From positions 1 to 50,851 of the forward strand of contig JAUCBJ010005619.1 of NCBI GenBank assembly GCA_032718475.1: a DNA stretch of 50,851 nucleotides, given 5' to 3'. Under the pieces are notes generated by a model. That model did not search any database, was not told the origin of the DNA, and worked only from the letters and a program-made list of their open reading frames with translations. This DNA comes from Nemertoderma westbladi (taxonomy: Eukaryota; Animalia; Xenacoelomorpha). The position numbers and the translations under genes are program-made. How positions within the stretch are numbered: position 1 is the first letter of the stretch; the number at the start of each line of letters is the position of its first letter. Of this stretch, positions 23,360-35,870 are shown one piece after another.

Positions 23360-24745
23360 GACAAAAATGGCGCCGCCACAACTCCCTATCACCCATGACA
23401 TTTGCTAGATCATCCGCATCTTCAAGGCCAGTGTCCTTTAAGATGCGTCTCAATAAAGTCATGGGCGTTGATCACCATGCTTATTCTCTCCATGAGGCTG
23501 CCCAAGTACAAGATTATGCACTAACTGGTCTAAACGGCCAAAGCTATGTCCTGCAAAGTGGAGGCGGGTTTGTTCTAGTGTCAAGCCTGGGGGAACCAAT
23601 GAGACACCTCCAATGTATATAGTGTCTGGTTGGAGATTTGTGGATTGTACTTGACACAGTGAACCCGGCGTAGCATTCTTGTGCCATCCAAAGATTTGGT
23701 GTCCTCAGCAGTTGAGCCTAGCATGGGCTCCCGTAGATGAGTACTGGAACTACTGCTGCTCTTAATAATCGGACCTTAAGTTTCCGATTAATTTTATGTA
23801 ACTTCCAAATCCTGGAAAGCCTATTCAAGGCTGCCCATGCGTTTCCCTTACGTATTCGAAGGTCTTCACCTGACCTCCGGATCCATGAACCCAGGTAACA
23901 GAAGTCGTCCACATGCTCAAGAATACCTTCCTTTGAGCTTATGCTCATCCGTTCAGAGACTTGCTGAGGACTTTCTTAGTTAACTGTCAAAATGTTTTTG
24001 GAGTTAATAAAAAAAGACCAACACTAGAAGAAGCCTGTTCTAATGAGCTGAGGAGCCGTTGGGCTCCCTCTAGTGATTCTGAGAGTACTCCTAAGAAATC
24101 AGCAAAGTCTAGATCAGTTAGCTACTTGGCAGGATTTCCTCGACTTCTGGAGCCAGTAGGTGGAGTTATCATCACCCCATCATCATTATGATGATCTAAG
24201 GACATGCGTAGAACATAGTAAACAACAATTATGAACAGGAATGGTGCAAGTGTGTCTCCCTGAAAGACTCTCCATAATACTTCAAATGGTTCTCTGTCAC
24301 CGTCAACAGTAGACACAAATGGTGTTGAACCATCGTATACTGAGATCTGATTGGTGCAATAATTTCATCAGTAATCCCATATAATGAAAGTATGCTTAAC
24401 ATACGTGAGCGAGAGACTGAATCAAAGGCCTTGAGAAGTCAACAAAGATAACAGCCAGATGCTTGTCTTTCTTTTTTTATAACTCTTCAATTATCCTTCT
24501 AAGTGCCAAAATGGGCCCATAGTCCCACGACCTTTATGGAACCCATTCTGATTTCCACGGAGCAGTCTCTCAATGGGATCCCTGATGCGATTTAATAGAA
24601 TTCTATTATATAGCTTTGCAGCAATCGAGATCAATGAGATTCCCCGAAAAGAACCATAGAGTGTTAGGTTGCCCTTCTTGGGAACTGGCACCAACTTATT
24701 TGTTTTCATTTCTTGTGGGACACTTGTCGTTTTGTACATGTCTAC
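23360..24745 (-). pseudogene. RTE-clade LINE RT fragment nested in the Polinton
   Basis: VPVPKKGNL...FRGISL...QNGF, QGDTLAPFLF, HVDDFCYLGSWI, LLRAAVVPVLIYG; many frameshifts. Confidence 0.88.
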
Positions 24746-24829
24746 TATGATAAGGTACTACTTGATACTACTAGATTAGCTTTAAGCACTCAGGTATTTG
24801 GGTGGTAATATGTAATATGTAATATGTAC

Positions 24830-25575
24830 TAGGGTGGTAATATTGCAGCACCAAAATTACAAGTAGTGCACAATTTTAACAAAATTTGAAAGTTACATTT
24901 TTCGGCTAATTGTTTTTCAGTACAGGTTTTCTGGGGCGCATAATACATTGGAAAATATTTAAAAATGATATGATTACCATAAATGGCTGTTTAGTCCTCT
25001 ATGCGTAGGAAAAAAATGAAAAAAACAAGTAACCAGCACTTTTCAGTGAGAACACAAAATGTTTAATTCACTTATACGATGCTATAAATTCACATTTTCA
25101 GGTTTTCTAGGGCGCTGATTCTAATGGTATACATTTCAAATATGCCAGATCATTGCTACTCGTATTTTTCGGCGTAATTTGGCAAATTTTGGTGCTAGCA
25201 CCAAATTTCGTACCCATCACCAAAAAGTACAAGTTTGCGATGTCCAGTGCTGTTTTTATTGATTCCATCGGATTCAGGACCCTCATAAACCCGCATAACG
25301 CAAGAAACAAGATGATACTATCTACTGATCAATTTACTCATTTTCCAAAATTTGGTGCTGGTACAACAATTTTCACCCACCGGCGAAAAATACAAGCTTG
25401 AAAACTCTTATGACATTTTTACTGATTCCATTGAATTCAGAACCCTAACAAACCCGTATAACGCAAGAAACAAGGTGACACAATGAATTGATATATTTGA
25501 TGGTTTTCAAAATTTGCTGCTTGCACCACATTTTGCACCCACTTCTGAAAAATACAAGTTTGAGATGTCTAGGGT
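24830..25575. repeat. Repeat element with a ~163-bp internal tandem unit
   Basis: TGATTCCAT...ACCCT...AAACCCG..AACGCAAGAAACAAG at ~25260 and ~25423; AGGTTTTCT(A/G)GGGCGC is related, in inverse orientation, to 39290-39725. Confidence 0.55.
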
Positions 25576-27358
25576 TTAATAGGGACAATGGTTTTATGTA
25601 TGTATTTACAGAGATTTAAAGTTTTGACCTCGAAAAGACCAAGAATAGCAGTAGTGCGCAATAATGTGTAAGGTGTAATGTGTAATACATATACGTTATA
25701 GCAGTATTTGTACAAAATGAAATTTGAGATTGCGCGAAATTTGAAATACAGAATGACCTCACTATTTTCTGGAAAAGGAAACTTATTACAAGGATTAATT
25801 ACTTTATGCTTTCTGTTGGAAGGTAACTTATTGCAAGGATTAAGGATTTAGAATAATATTTAATTATGAGAATATATTAATTATGGTTGTGATTATGTGC
25901 CATATTATTGAATGCTTTTAAGAAATCCATGAACTAGTAGAGCAAAGACATAAACGTTTAACATATTAATTGAATAGGCCTAATGTTAGCACTTTATGCT
26001 TTCTGTTGGCCGGTATTATTCATTTCAGAAACTCATAATCACCTCTTGTGATCTCGGTTCGATTAATAATCAATTTATTTCAATTTTAGTTATGAAATGC
26101 TAAAATCTGGTCTGGCGTTCTATGCAATAATTATACAACAAAATAACAGTTAGCACTTTACCTTTTTCAATAATTCTGAATCTGGTCGCTAGGGGGCAGT
26201 TGTTAAAATTTGTTGCTATTTGACGTTTTTAATTTGTGCTTGCAAAGGGGTCAAACTGCTAACACTTCGAAATGAGCCAATCGGAACCCGGAATTGTAGT
26301 CAAATTGTCTTAACAAATTTTTTTCAGGGAGTGTTAGCACTTTAAAACAGTTAGCACTTTACCATTGCAGGACTGCTGTTTGTTAGCACTCTAGTACTTC
26401 TAAAAACAGCAATAGAGTAATTAGTTGCCAGTAAGGGAGCTGTATACCATAGAGCTAAATATAGATATTATGTCATAGTAATGTCATTTAGCAATGGTAA
26501 GTAATATAAAAACTAAATATTGATAATTCTAAAAATAGAAATCAATGTATAAAGTAAAAGTAATACAATTCATTAATTTAAAATAAAGTATAAATAAATA
26601 ATTAATTTAAAATTAAATACAAATAAATAAAGTAAAATTAAATACAAATAAATAAAGTAAAATTAAATACAAATAATTAATTAAAATTAAGAGAAATTAA
26701 TAAGTATTAATAAATAAAAAAGGGGCGGTGTCACTTATGACACCTTCTTGGGCCTCTAGACGACCGTGGGACCTCACTGACACCATTCCGTATCGGTTTG
26801 ATTAATTAGGATAATCAATTAAACCCTAATTAGGAGTCGTGAGACACAGGGTTTAATTGTACTAATTAATTGATGACACCTGTCAATTAGGGTCTAATTA
26901 GCCTAATTAGGAGGTGTCAACCAGACAGTCTGGTGCCAGTCAGTGGGGTCCAACTGTCGCCGAGCCGCCCAAGCCTATACTACTGTACTTATCTTGTACA
27001 TAGTTGTAACGCTATATTCCATGTACTGTACATACTGTAGATTCTAACTAGTTGTATTCTCACCTACTCAAAAAGGTTACTGTAGCATATTCCGTAGACC
27101 ATAGAGAAATTCATTGTCTAATAATTTAACAATTTCCCATACTTTTGGACTAATATATGTAGTGCTGATAAGGAAGTGGAAGGGGGGGGGGCTATAGTAA
27201 TTATTGTTCTAGTAGTCAAAAATAGAAGTTTAGTTAAGTGTGAGTGGAGTTAGGGTTTAATAATTATATTAAATTCTTCTTTAGTAGCAATAGACACTTC
27301 GTCTAAGTTGACTATAGTATATACGTGTAAATCGGGAAATCGATATTCATTGTCTTAA

Positions 27359-27737
27359 AGGCCTGTTGACACGTGGCAACTTTTAGAGCAACTTTCTTGT
27401 CAACTTGTAGAGCAACTCAGGTTGCCGATCAAGTTGTCCGTGTAAACACGTAAAAAAGTTGCTTTAAAAGTTGAGCAACTTTTACGGCAACTTGAAGGAA
27501 TTTGCGTTGGCGAATAAAGCGGGATTATCAGATTTAATTATCAAACTAGCTAGTAGATAAAATGACCCACTATTTTGCAGTCAAACTAGCCAAGTTGCTA
27601 TAAAAGTTGCCGCCCAAGTTGCTGGTAAAGTTGCTGGTAAAGTTGCCAGTGTAAACAGCGATTAAATTAAGTTGCTCTAAAAAAGTTGCTAGTTGCCGAG
27701 AAAGTTGCTCTAAAAGTTTCCACGTGTAAACAGGCCT
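27359..27737. mobile_element. PIF/Harbinger-like MITE
   Basis: TIRs AGGCCTGTTGACACGTGGCAACTTTTAGAGCAACTTTCT / AGAAAGTTGCTCTAAAAGTTTCCACGTGTAAACAGGCCT; TAA and TTA flanks; many internal GCAACTT/AAGTTGC motifs. Confidence 0.8.
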
Positions 27738-28009
27738 TTATGTAACATAAAGTCAATTCAATTCGCCTTTATAGAAAATATGGATTCGCTTCATACTATG
27801 TATTGCAATACCTCTATATGTATAATTGGGGATGTAAATATACTATACACGTAGCTAGGACATAATCTAACCAAAACAATATACGAATCAAACTTGAAAT
27901 GACTAATTCAATATATATTAGTAATTGATGTATTTCAATTTATTTATTTTACTTTAATTAAACCGCATTAATAATTTAACATATCCCCCAAGTTTACGAT
28001 TTATATACT

Positions 28010-28540
28010 GTATATTGCCGAAAAAAAAGGGGGGGGGGGGGGGGGGGGCTATTGATTAAAAACCGATCTAGACGAAAAAAGAATGTGGCCATATACTGGT
28101 ATTTGGTCCGGGGACTCATTGCTCAATTGACAGGACCCGTGGACCGGACCCATTGCCATTTAAAGGAGCAGGTTAGTAAAGGAACAGGTTACAGAGGCGT
28201 GTTGGGGGAACCAAAACAATAAACATTGAATTACATTGCTAAGACCACAAGCCAGTATAATGCCGCTAAAACAATAAACGTGACTCAACAACAAAACCAA
28301 ACAATAAATTATGTCTGTAATTTGCTTTTATTTGAGTCGATTTCCTCTGGAATAGTGTAATTACTGTATGATGGATTGCATCAATAGTTCCCCCTATCTG
28401 ATAGAGATATTCACACAACCATCCGCCCATGTGAAGAATATCAGGATTTCACTTTTCAGTCGACTTATTATTGGAATTTTATATATGAAGATTTTTATTT
28501 TTTTTTTATTTATCTTTATTTTAAGTGTTTTATCTGTTAA
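28010..28540. repeat. Dispersed repeat family (CATGTGAAGAATA and AACCAAAACAATAAAC motifs)
   Basis: Related blocks at ~36316-36720, ~45560-45860 and ~48120-48355. Confidence 0.65.
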
Positions 28541-28638
28541 CTGTTGTTATCGCTTGTCCTAATTTGCGTCCCTTACCACGTTCAATTAGAATCGAGCAGA
28601 ATTCAGCGATAAGTACCGGACCTGGTAGGCCGAATATG

Positions 28639-28918
28639 TAAGAGAGGTCCTTCTTGGTGATATGGACATGCTCGACAATATGAAAGAGGTTGATGACACT
28701 ATGGTTATCTAAGAGAGGTCCTTCTTGGTGATATGGACATGCTCGACAATATGAAAGAGGTTGATGACACTATGGTTATCTAAGAGAGGTCCTTCTTGGT
28801 GATATGGACATGCTCGACAATATGAAAGAGGTTGATGACACTATGGTTATCTAAGAGAGGTCCTTCTTGGTGATATGGACATGCTCGACAATATGAAAGA
28901 GGTTGATGACACTATGGT
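28639..28918. repeat. 71-bp tandem repeat, ~4 essentially identical copies
   Basis: Unit starts TAAGAGAGGTCCTTCTTGG at 28639, 28710, 28781 and 28852. Confidence 0.97.
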
Positions 28919-29775
28919 TTCTGAGCTTCTACCTAATAAATCATAGGATACAACTGATAACTATGGTGATATTTTTTTCAATAAAACTTTAAAGATATAA
29001 AAACGCAATGGAAAACATTATTTTCCACTGATTTTCTTTAGCGTAACTACTGATGTTGTGCACTCATGAGTTGAGTTTTCCACTCATTGGCATTCTTGCC
29101 AACTCGTATAAACGGACCTACCACTACCACTCTACTCTACCACTCGGACCACTCTACCACTCGGACAGAAAAGTTGAACTTAACTGAAACTGAAAAGGAG
29201 TGAAAAATGTGGCGTTTTCCCTTTACTTATTTTTTATTCAATAATAGTTTTATTATTATTAAAATAAGTAGCAAGACGCCAACAAAGAGTATGCGGCAAT
29301 AAGAAGGCCATTGAATTTTTATTATTTACAGTAGGAGTTGCTGTGTAGGCTGGTAAGGCCGCCTGCTTAAATAATCTTTCATCTTACCTGTGAACCAGGG
29401 CTTCCGAGAACTTTTAGTCCGAGGATAGTATAAGATACAGGAGATTGAAGTAGATAAGTTTTATTTTCATGAGAACTCGATATTTACAGTAAACTTATCG
29501 TGGAATTCAGTTTAAATCAACACATAAATAATTTATTGGTGAATGATGAAATATTGTGCTATAATAATAATTAATACACATTATTATTTTATTATTACAT
29601 ATTTATTAGTGTTTAATATTGGTGTAATATTTAAGTGAATTCGTTACCAAATATTTTGCCAACCAAAATATATAGGCACTAACTGATACATAAAGCTTTG
29701 CATTGCATTTATTCATATCTCGCTAGAGGTACAACCACAACCACAAAATGAATATTTCGTAACCCCAAAAAATAC

Positions 29776-31356
29776 TTATTGCTGCAAAAATTCTTCTGGG
29801 TTTGTGTCAATGTATTTCAAACAAGACCACAACTTGGGAAGCAGATTGGCGAACCAATAACTCACTTGGTATTCGCAGTTTCTATTGGCGTAGACCTCCA
29901 TGGTGTAAATAAAGAACATAATTCCCGTACCAGAGATCATTAGGCACCAAAATAGTATGTTTGCCAGTCGAAGTTGATTTGGCTTTATCATTATCTTGAG
30001 CATAAAACCGACTCCTCCAAATAGGATAATCATTAAAGGGTAAAAAACTTTGAGCACAACAACCATAACATATTCGTGGAAAAATGAAGAAATGATGAAA
30101 ACCATGGTGTATGACCAAGCTTTGTTACCATTAGTAACCTTCAACATGTCCAGATATATATAATTGTACAGCCAATCGTGAACTACAATGTTCCAGTTTC
30201 TAAAGTAACCAGAGAAATTAGTTGAGTTCCACCAGTCGCTGTAGAACATTCGATCAGCGAAGCAGCAAATCTCCGCAAAAGCGTTGAGCCAACAGTGCAA
30301 GACAGCGTAGAAGAGGAGTACAAGCACGAATGTGGCGGGGAGCATGCAGTTAAACAAGGATATTAAGTAAAACTGGAAGCCACGAGCCGAATGGAAGCTA
30401 TGAAACACAGGGAGACAGTAGCGAGAGAACATGAAGTTGGTGAGGATGATGCAGCTGAGGCACTGGAATAGATTTTGCGCGACGAATCTCCAGCGGATAT
30501 GGGAAGTTCTAGGGTAGGAATCCCTGTATATGAGAGTGGGTGCAAACATAAAGTAGAGGTATTTAGTAAAGTCCGGACAGAGTCTGTCACTCAGGTCAGT
30601 CGGTCTGTCTAGTCTCGGAGATAAAACACAAGGCAAACCCATAGCTCTTGGCGCATTCTCACGTATGAATGAGTATGTTTTCATTAAGAGTCGCAACTGT
30701 TCTAGAACGATTATCACGGAAGAACCGCCTGGAAGGTTGTAAAAGAAAATGTAGAAGGTAGGAATGACAAGGAGAAGGGCTGCGGATAGGATGTAGCTTG
30801 TTAGCCCGATGTAGTCAATAAAGGCTACATTAGCGAATAATTGGCGTGAGTTTGCCCAATTGTGGAATGCGAAATAAGTTCCAATAACTACTAAACCTTG
30901 CATCTGTAACCACAAACACGTGACGACAGGAGCCTTAACAACTAACTGATCAACAACAAACTGACCAGAGATCCATGGTTTGCCGTGTAATTCAACATCA
31001 TTGGCCATTTCATTGATTGCAAATATAATGAGGATGGCCACGCAAATATTCTGTATTGTTTTGAAGTGCGTAACATCCAGTAACTCTGTTAGTAACGAAC
31101 GTCGAGACAAAAATATTTTGTGCTTTGAAAATGTAGCTACCTTTTCATCCACCGCACTGTTTACATTTTCCTGTGGAGAGCTCCCATTCTCAACTACTAT
31201 TGATCTGCTTGACTCGTCTACAATTGCCTCTATTTCCGCGGTGAAATTCTCCATAACATTTTGCACTACAGCATTCAATTTATCTCGAATTTTCCTATTG
31301 GAATAGCCATTCGCGTCCCCTAGATCCATTTTTACTTTGCCACAGAGGTGTAACAT
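29776..31356 (-). CDS. SOAT1: Sterol O-acyltransferase (ACAT/SOAT, MBOAT family), intronless
   Basis: RRSLLTELL, EQLRLLMKTYSF, YFMFAPTLIYRDSYPRT, LHCWLNAFAE, FADRMFYSDWWN, RNWNIVVHDWLY, FFHEY; AATAAA ~65 nt after the stop; SOAT1 vs SOAT2 orthology cannot be resolved. Confidence 0.95.
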   Translation of the reverse strand: MLHLCGKVKMDLGDANGYSNRKIRDKLNAVVQNVMENFTAEIEAIVDESSRSIVVENGSSPQENVNSAVDEKVATFSKHKIFLSRRSLLTELLDVTHFKTIQNICVAILIIFAINEMANDVELHGKPWISGQFVVDQLVVKAPVVTCLWLQMQGLVVIGTYFAFHNWANSRQLFANVAFIDYIGLTSYILSAALLLVIPTFYIFFYNLPGGSSVIIVLEQLRLLMKTYSFIRENAPRAMGLPCVLSPRLDRPTDLSDRLCPDFTKYLYFMFAPTLIYRDSYPRTSHIRWRFVAQNLFQCLSCIILTNFMFSRYCLPVFHSFHSARGFQFYLISLFNCMLPATFVLVLLFYAVLHCWLNAFAEICCFADRMFYSDWWNSTNFSGYFRNWNIVVHDWLYNYIYLDMLKVTNGNKAWSYTMVFIISSFFHEYVMVVVLKVFYPLMIILFGGVGFMLKIMIKPNQLRLANILFWCLMISGTGIMFFIYTMEVYANRNCEYQVSYWFANLLPKLWSCLKYIDTNPEEFLQQ

Positions 31357-32385
31357 AACGTGATTAGCTCCGTTTGTTAATATTTTATTTATTTTTCAGA
31401 ATATAATTGAAAAAAAAAGGATAATATATAGTAAAAAATTTTAATATAATAAATTTTTTTATTTAATTTATTTATTGTACATACTGAATAAAATATTTTA
31501 ACCTTCAAATTAAATTAGAATTATATATAAATTAATAATAATTATAGCAATAATTAATACATCAATTAATAATAATAACTACGGATATAACTGTTATTTA
31601 CGGTGAAGCCGCAATTGGGACATTGTGAAATATAATTAATACTATATTTAATACCAATGAAATACCCATGATAATTTGGTAACACTTATCTGATGGTAAA
31701 TAATGAAAATAATGTTATCACCCTGAAAATAAAGTAACATATAATATTGTAGGTTAATATTCTCTAGGTTAAGATCAGCTGATTGAATAAATACATATTT
31801 CAAGTTTTAGAAAGAAGAAATTAAACCCTTCTGCTTACTCTGTATTTAGAATAATAATGTAGTTTTATTCATAAATTTTAAGTAAAAATGTTTAATAAGT
31901 TTTATTAATGATGAAATATAGTGCATGTTACAGTATAATAGGCTACAGTAGACAATATGATAAATTACAATTCTCAACATTTTTGTCCGAGTTCGCTCAA
32001 CCTAGTACAGTAGTAGTAGTAATCTATACTCAACAGACAGAAGACATACGCACAACATATATAATGTAGGCTACATTAATACGTTGTACAGTATGTAATC
32101 GATCCCTACTGCTACAACATATACTGATGTTATGTAGGCCTATCTTATACACATACAGCCCACACCGTGTAGGATAAAGATTGCCTCGAAGTCCCCCCCC
32201 CCCCCCCCCCCCCCCATTTGTTGATTGCATATAGAAGTACAGTATATATAACCATGGTCTTCACCATAACAAATAATTGTCACTCCGTATACTTACAGCT
32301 GGTACTATGGTACTGTATATGTAAATCTACAGTACCTATATTAAAAACCTTTACCGTACAGTACTACTGTCCACTAAGGTTCCTT

Positions 32386-32672
32386 CCACCTTGGTGTAGT
32401 GGTTGCATTGAATTAAAATCTCCCGTACCGTAGGTCGTGGGTTCGATCCTCACATGGGCCAGGGCAGTTTTCGTTTCGACACGAATGCGTTAAAGGGACC
32501 AGCCAGGGCGCATCTCTGCCTTGCATCCTTAAGTGGTAGCTAAATGAGTACTGGAGTTTCCTCTGGGGAGTAAAGTTCTGGGGGGACCGCACTGGAAATA
32601 AGTCGTCAGACTTTGTGCGTAATCCCTGGCCTAGCGGCCGAAGAAAATTTTCTTTACTTTTACTTTTTTTAC
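32386..32672 (+). mobile_element. tRNA-derived SINE, full length
   Basis: Box A TGGTGTAGTGG, box B GGTTCGATCC, central CTCTGCCTTGCATCCTT..GGTAGCTAAATGAGTAC, (TTTTAC)n tail; second copy at 35952. Confidence 0.85.
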
Positions 32673-34789
32673 TGTAACTTAACTGTATGAGAAACTACAG
32701 TAGGCCTACTTAACCATTACCATTCAACTACACCTTGTATTTATCAAAACATTAATCAACAACTTTACAATGAACTATTGCGACAGACAGTCAAGGAATC
32801 AATTTTCACACTTAAACAATAAATTTTTATCAAGTGTCTTATGCCCTATTGCGGCCTCCTTATTCCTATACCTAGCATCGCAATATGAACGCCACGCAGC
32901 GGTATTGTATCGGACCTTTCAGTGACACTCAGTATAATGTAATCTTTAGTAACATATATATGACGAGTAATAAGCCAGCCAATGGAAGGGCCGCACATGG
33001 CGGTTTCGGAGCGTATCGATTGGAGGCTAACAAACGTGTTAGCCTAAGGGCAATGTATTTACATATATATAAACGGTCACGTGCATTATAACTGAGATGG
33101 CAATTTATTAAGTGTTCTAGAGGTGAAATAGTTTTCCACCGCTACGCTGTACTATTATCATATCACTACCGCGGTACACTGTACTGCACCTATTAATAGA
33201 AACGTCTAGCAAACAAACTCTATTATTCTACCGGCCTACGGCCAAGCCTAGTCAGTCTATCCACCCACCCAGCCATTAGCCAGCGCGCGCGCGTATGGAA
33301 TAATCACCAAAGATGATCGGTCGGGATCCTCTGTCTGTCTTTCAACCGGTATCCCTTCACAACGACGTTTTTTCAATAATTATAACCTCATCCATGATCT
33401 AACTTTGGATGTTAATTCGCATAATAACTTCGGAATTTTTGTAATATTACTGTAGATGTGTCATTAATTTCTAGAGGATAAAAAGAATGGAAGTCTGGTT
33501 CCGCTAGGCACGACAAAAGACCTTCAACATTAACTGATTAAGGAAATCTACTGTAAAATGTAAATTATTAGGTAGGACTACCGAGAACCTGGTAATGTCG
33601 GAGTTAAAATCAGTTTGCTCTGAATAGTTGTTAGTTAATCCGGATGTGGAGGAGCGTTCTCTATTAAATCCGATGGTGTATTATACGTGTTGTTTTGTTA
33701 CCCATGGGATGACCTTCAGTGGATGAACCCGTTTCTGGGTTACGCTAGTCAGCTAGTACTTGGTAGCCCATAGGTATTATTTGACGGTATGGATTTTCTT
33801 GCGATCTCCCATTCTGGGATTCCAGAATTGGACTGTGAAATTCCAGCTATGGCTGTTTCGGCAGTACCCCTTGCGAAGTACTATTTTAGGTACAGCTGTG
33901 GCAGGGACAAGAGACTGCAGCGACTCACTAGCTACATGATTGTTTGGCATCTGGCAGTCTGGTGGTTAATTATTTCACAATCCTCTATATTGAGTGAAAT
34001 AGTTCTATTTCTACCTGTAACTACAGAATCTACTGGTTTTGTGGCTGACTCCTCATCCACGCTAATATCTAGTACATCGAACCTATTAGATAAAGGCTGA
34101 AAGGTATACCCGGAGATGTTCTATCTAGCATGGGCGTACTAACTACATTACCGGTGCCGCCTACTACGGTCCAAGTACTACTATTTGCTACAGTATCCCC
34201 TAGAGAAATTGGTGAAACATTTTGAACAGTAGCCAATATTACACCAGTGCTGCTGTACAGTACTGGTGGGCTGTGCCACCATTAGTATCATAAGTTTCAC
34301 TTTGACGGGAACTATTGGGTCTGAGAGATAGCCTACACTAGTCGAGACATTGTTAGTAAGTGATGTGAATGTTAGTGGGTTAGAGTCAGAAGTGTTAAAA
34401 TGATTTGAGTTATGTCGGACTGATACCGCTATAATGAATGAAGTTACTGTTAGTCGGGTTATTATTTGTTGTGATGCTACCACCAGACCACCATTAGCAT
34501 TAGCATTGAGACTAGCAACTTGTACCGGTAGATGAGTTGTTAAAATTACCAAAGCTATTAACATTACCACAGTTAGGAACCAGTGCAGTTCTTTGGATGT
34601 GATGATAACTGGGGTTATATGGTTCGAAATGATGTTGAGGTTGGCAGTAGGCCATGTTGTTCGTTGATGAGTTGCCGAGGTTGCGATATCGTAAAGGTTG
34701 GGATATTCTGGAATAGGGGTGACGAGCCAAGTTTGGAGCACATTGACTGGATACACTGGGATTAATAATGTCTGAGAGCCTCACATTAG

Positions 34790-35290
34790 GATTCTCGTAA
34801 ACTTCCCATCCGTTTATTTTGGTGCCGTTTTAAGTACAGGTTATTTCCCCGCAACGAGTTGGTTACACCAGCGCGTCGGGCTTCCTGCGATAAACGTGAT
34901 AGTGTATCACGCTGTCGTCTAAGCTCATAGGGGAGATCTTCAAGAAACTTTAAAGGCGAATCTCTCATCAGGTTACGACCTGCTGTAAGGACGGCGTTCC
35001 TGGTCTTTAGACTTAAAAATTCGACTTTAATGGGACGTTTAGAGTTCGGTTTTATCGCGCCGATCCGGAATGCTCATTCGATATTCAGCTGAGACGATAT
35101 TTGTAATTTAGTAGTTATAATTTCTGCAATTAGAGCTTCAACAACCTCACCTCGATTCTCCACTGCCCCAGTAAGAAGTAAACAACGACTGGAGTTCCGC
35201 TTCTCCGATTCAACGTGGCATCTATGGAGACGTTGAATATTCGATCTATTGGTTTGAATATGGTTGAATATAGGTCCTTCCACAATGCAA
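34790..35290 (-). pseudogene. LINE ORF1-like (L1/CR1-type RRM-CTD) remnant
   Basis: SRCLLLTGAVE...LNIE*AFRIG...RPIKVEF...RNAVL...FLEDLPYELRRQRDTL...LRGNNLYL. Confidence 0.7.
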
Positions 35291-35870
35291 GGTTTAGCTC
35301 GTCAACACCGGCCTTGATATCCGGAATCATTTCTAGGTAGAACGATAAACCCGGTTGGCCTATTGTCAGACCAGTGCGAGTGTCACTACGATCGCTTAAT
35401 ACTGTAATAGGCTTCCGTGGACTGGTGGGGTGAACGGATAACCGTGGTTTTGGGTTTGCCACCTAGTGTTTTCGAAACCTGTAGCGCTGGAATCCCAACC
35501 TGCCGGCCTCTGGACGGCATATTGCTGGGGAAACTCTGATAGTCGTTGACCCACCTGTCAGCCTGTGGAGGGTTGGGCGAATCATTGCTTGTGACACGTG
35601 AGCGTTTGTGAGAAGGCTTTTCCGAGGCAGGGACCGTTACCGGAAGTAGGCCCTCTTGTACCAGTAGACCAAATGGGAAATGACGATGTAGCTAGTGTAC
35701 CGGTATTTGGTATGAAAATAGGTTCATTTATTATTATCTGGGAGTTATTAGCTTCGATAAGTTCAATTTGAGTCGCCTCTCCGTAGCAGAGGGAACCGCA
35801 TCTAGCATATTAGTAACCCCGGTATTTGAATTCATATTGTTTCTTCTGGTGAGTTCAGTATTACTCAGTT

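Larger units (their letters stand above)
15693..26989. mobile_element. Polinton/Maverick-like element, non-autonomous or deleted
   Basis: 5' AGTAGT terminus, ~560-580-bp TIRs (15693-~16275 / ~26436-26989), 6-bp TSD TATCTT (15687-15692, 26990-26995). Confidence 0.8.

Noticed and set aside
25790-26400. Scattered GTTAGCACTTT motifs
   Set aside because: Probably subterminal repeats of a decayed transposon; boundaries cannot be defined
28639-28918. CRISPR array or C/D snoRNA cluster
   Set aside because: Head-to-tail identical units with no spacers; TGATGA is present but there is no suitably spaced CTGA within units
32386-32460. tRNA gene (also box-B-like hits at ~48-60, ~11146 and ~36001)
   Set aside because: No complete cloverleaf; the 32386 and ~36001 copies continue into a SINE body
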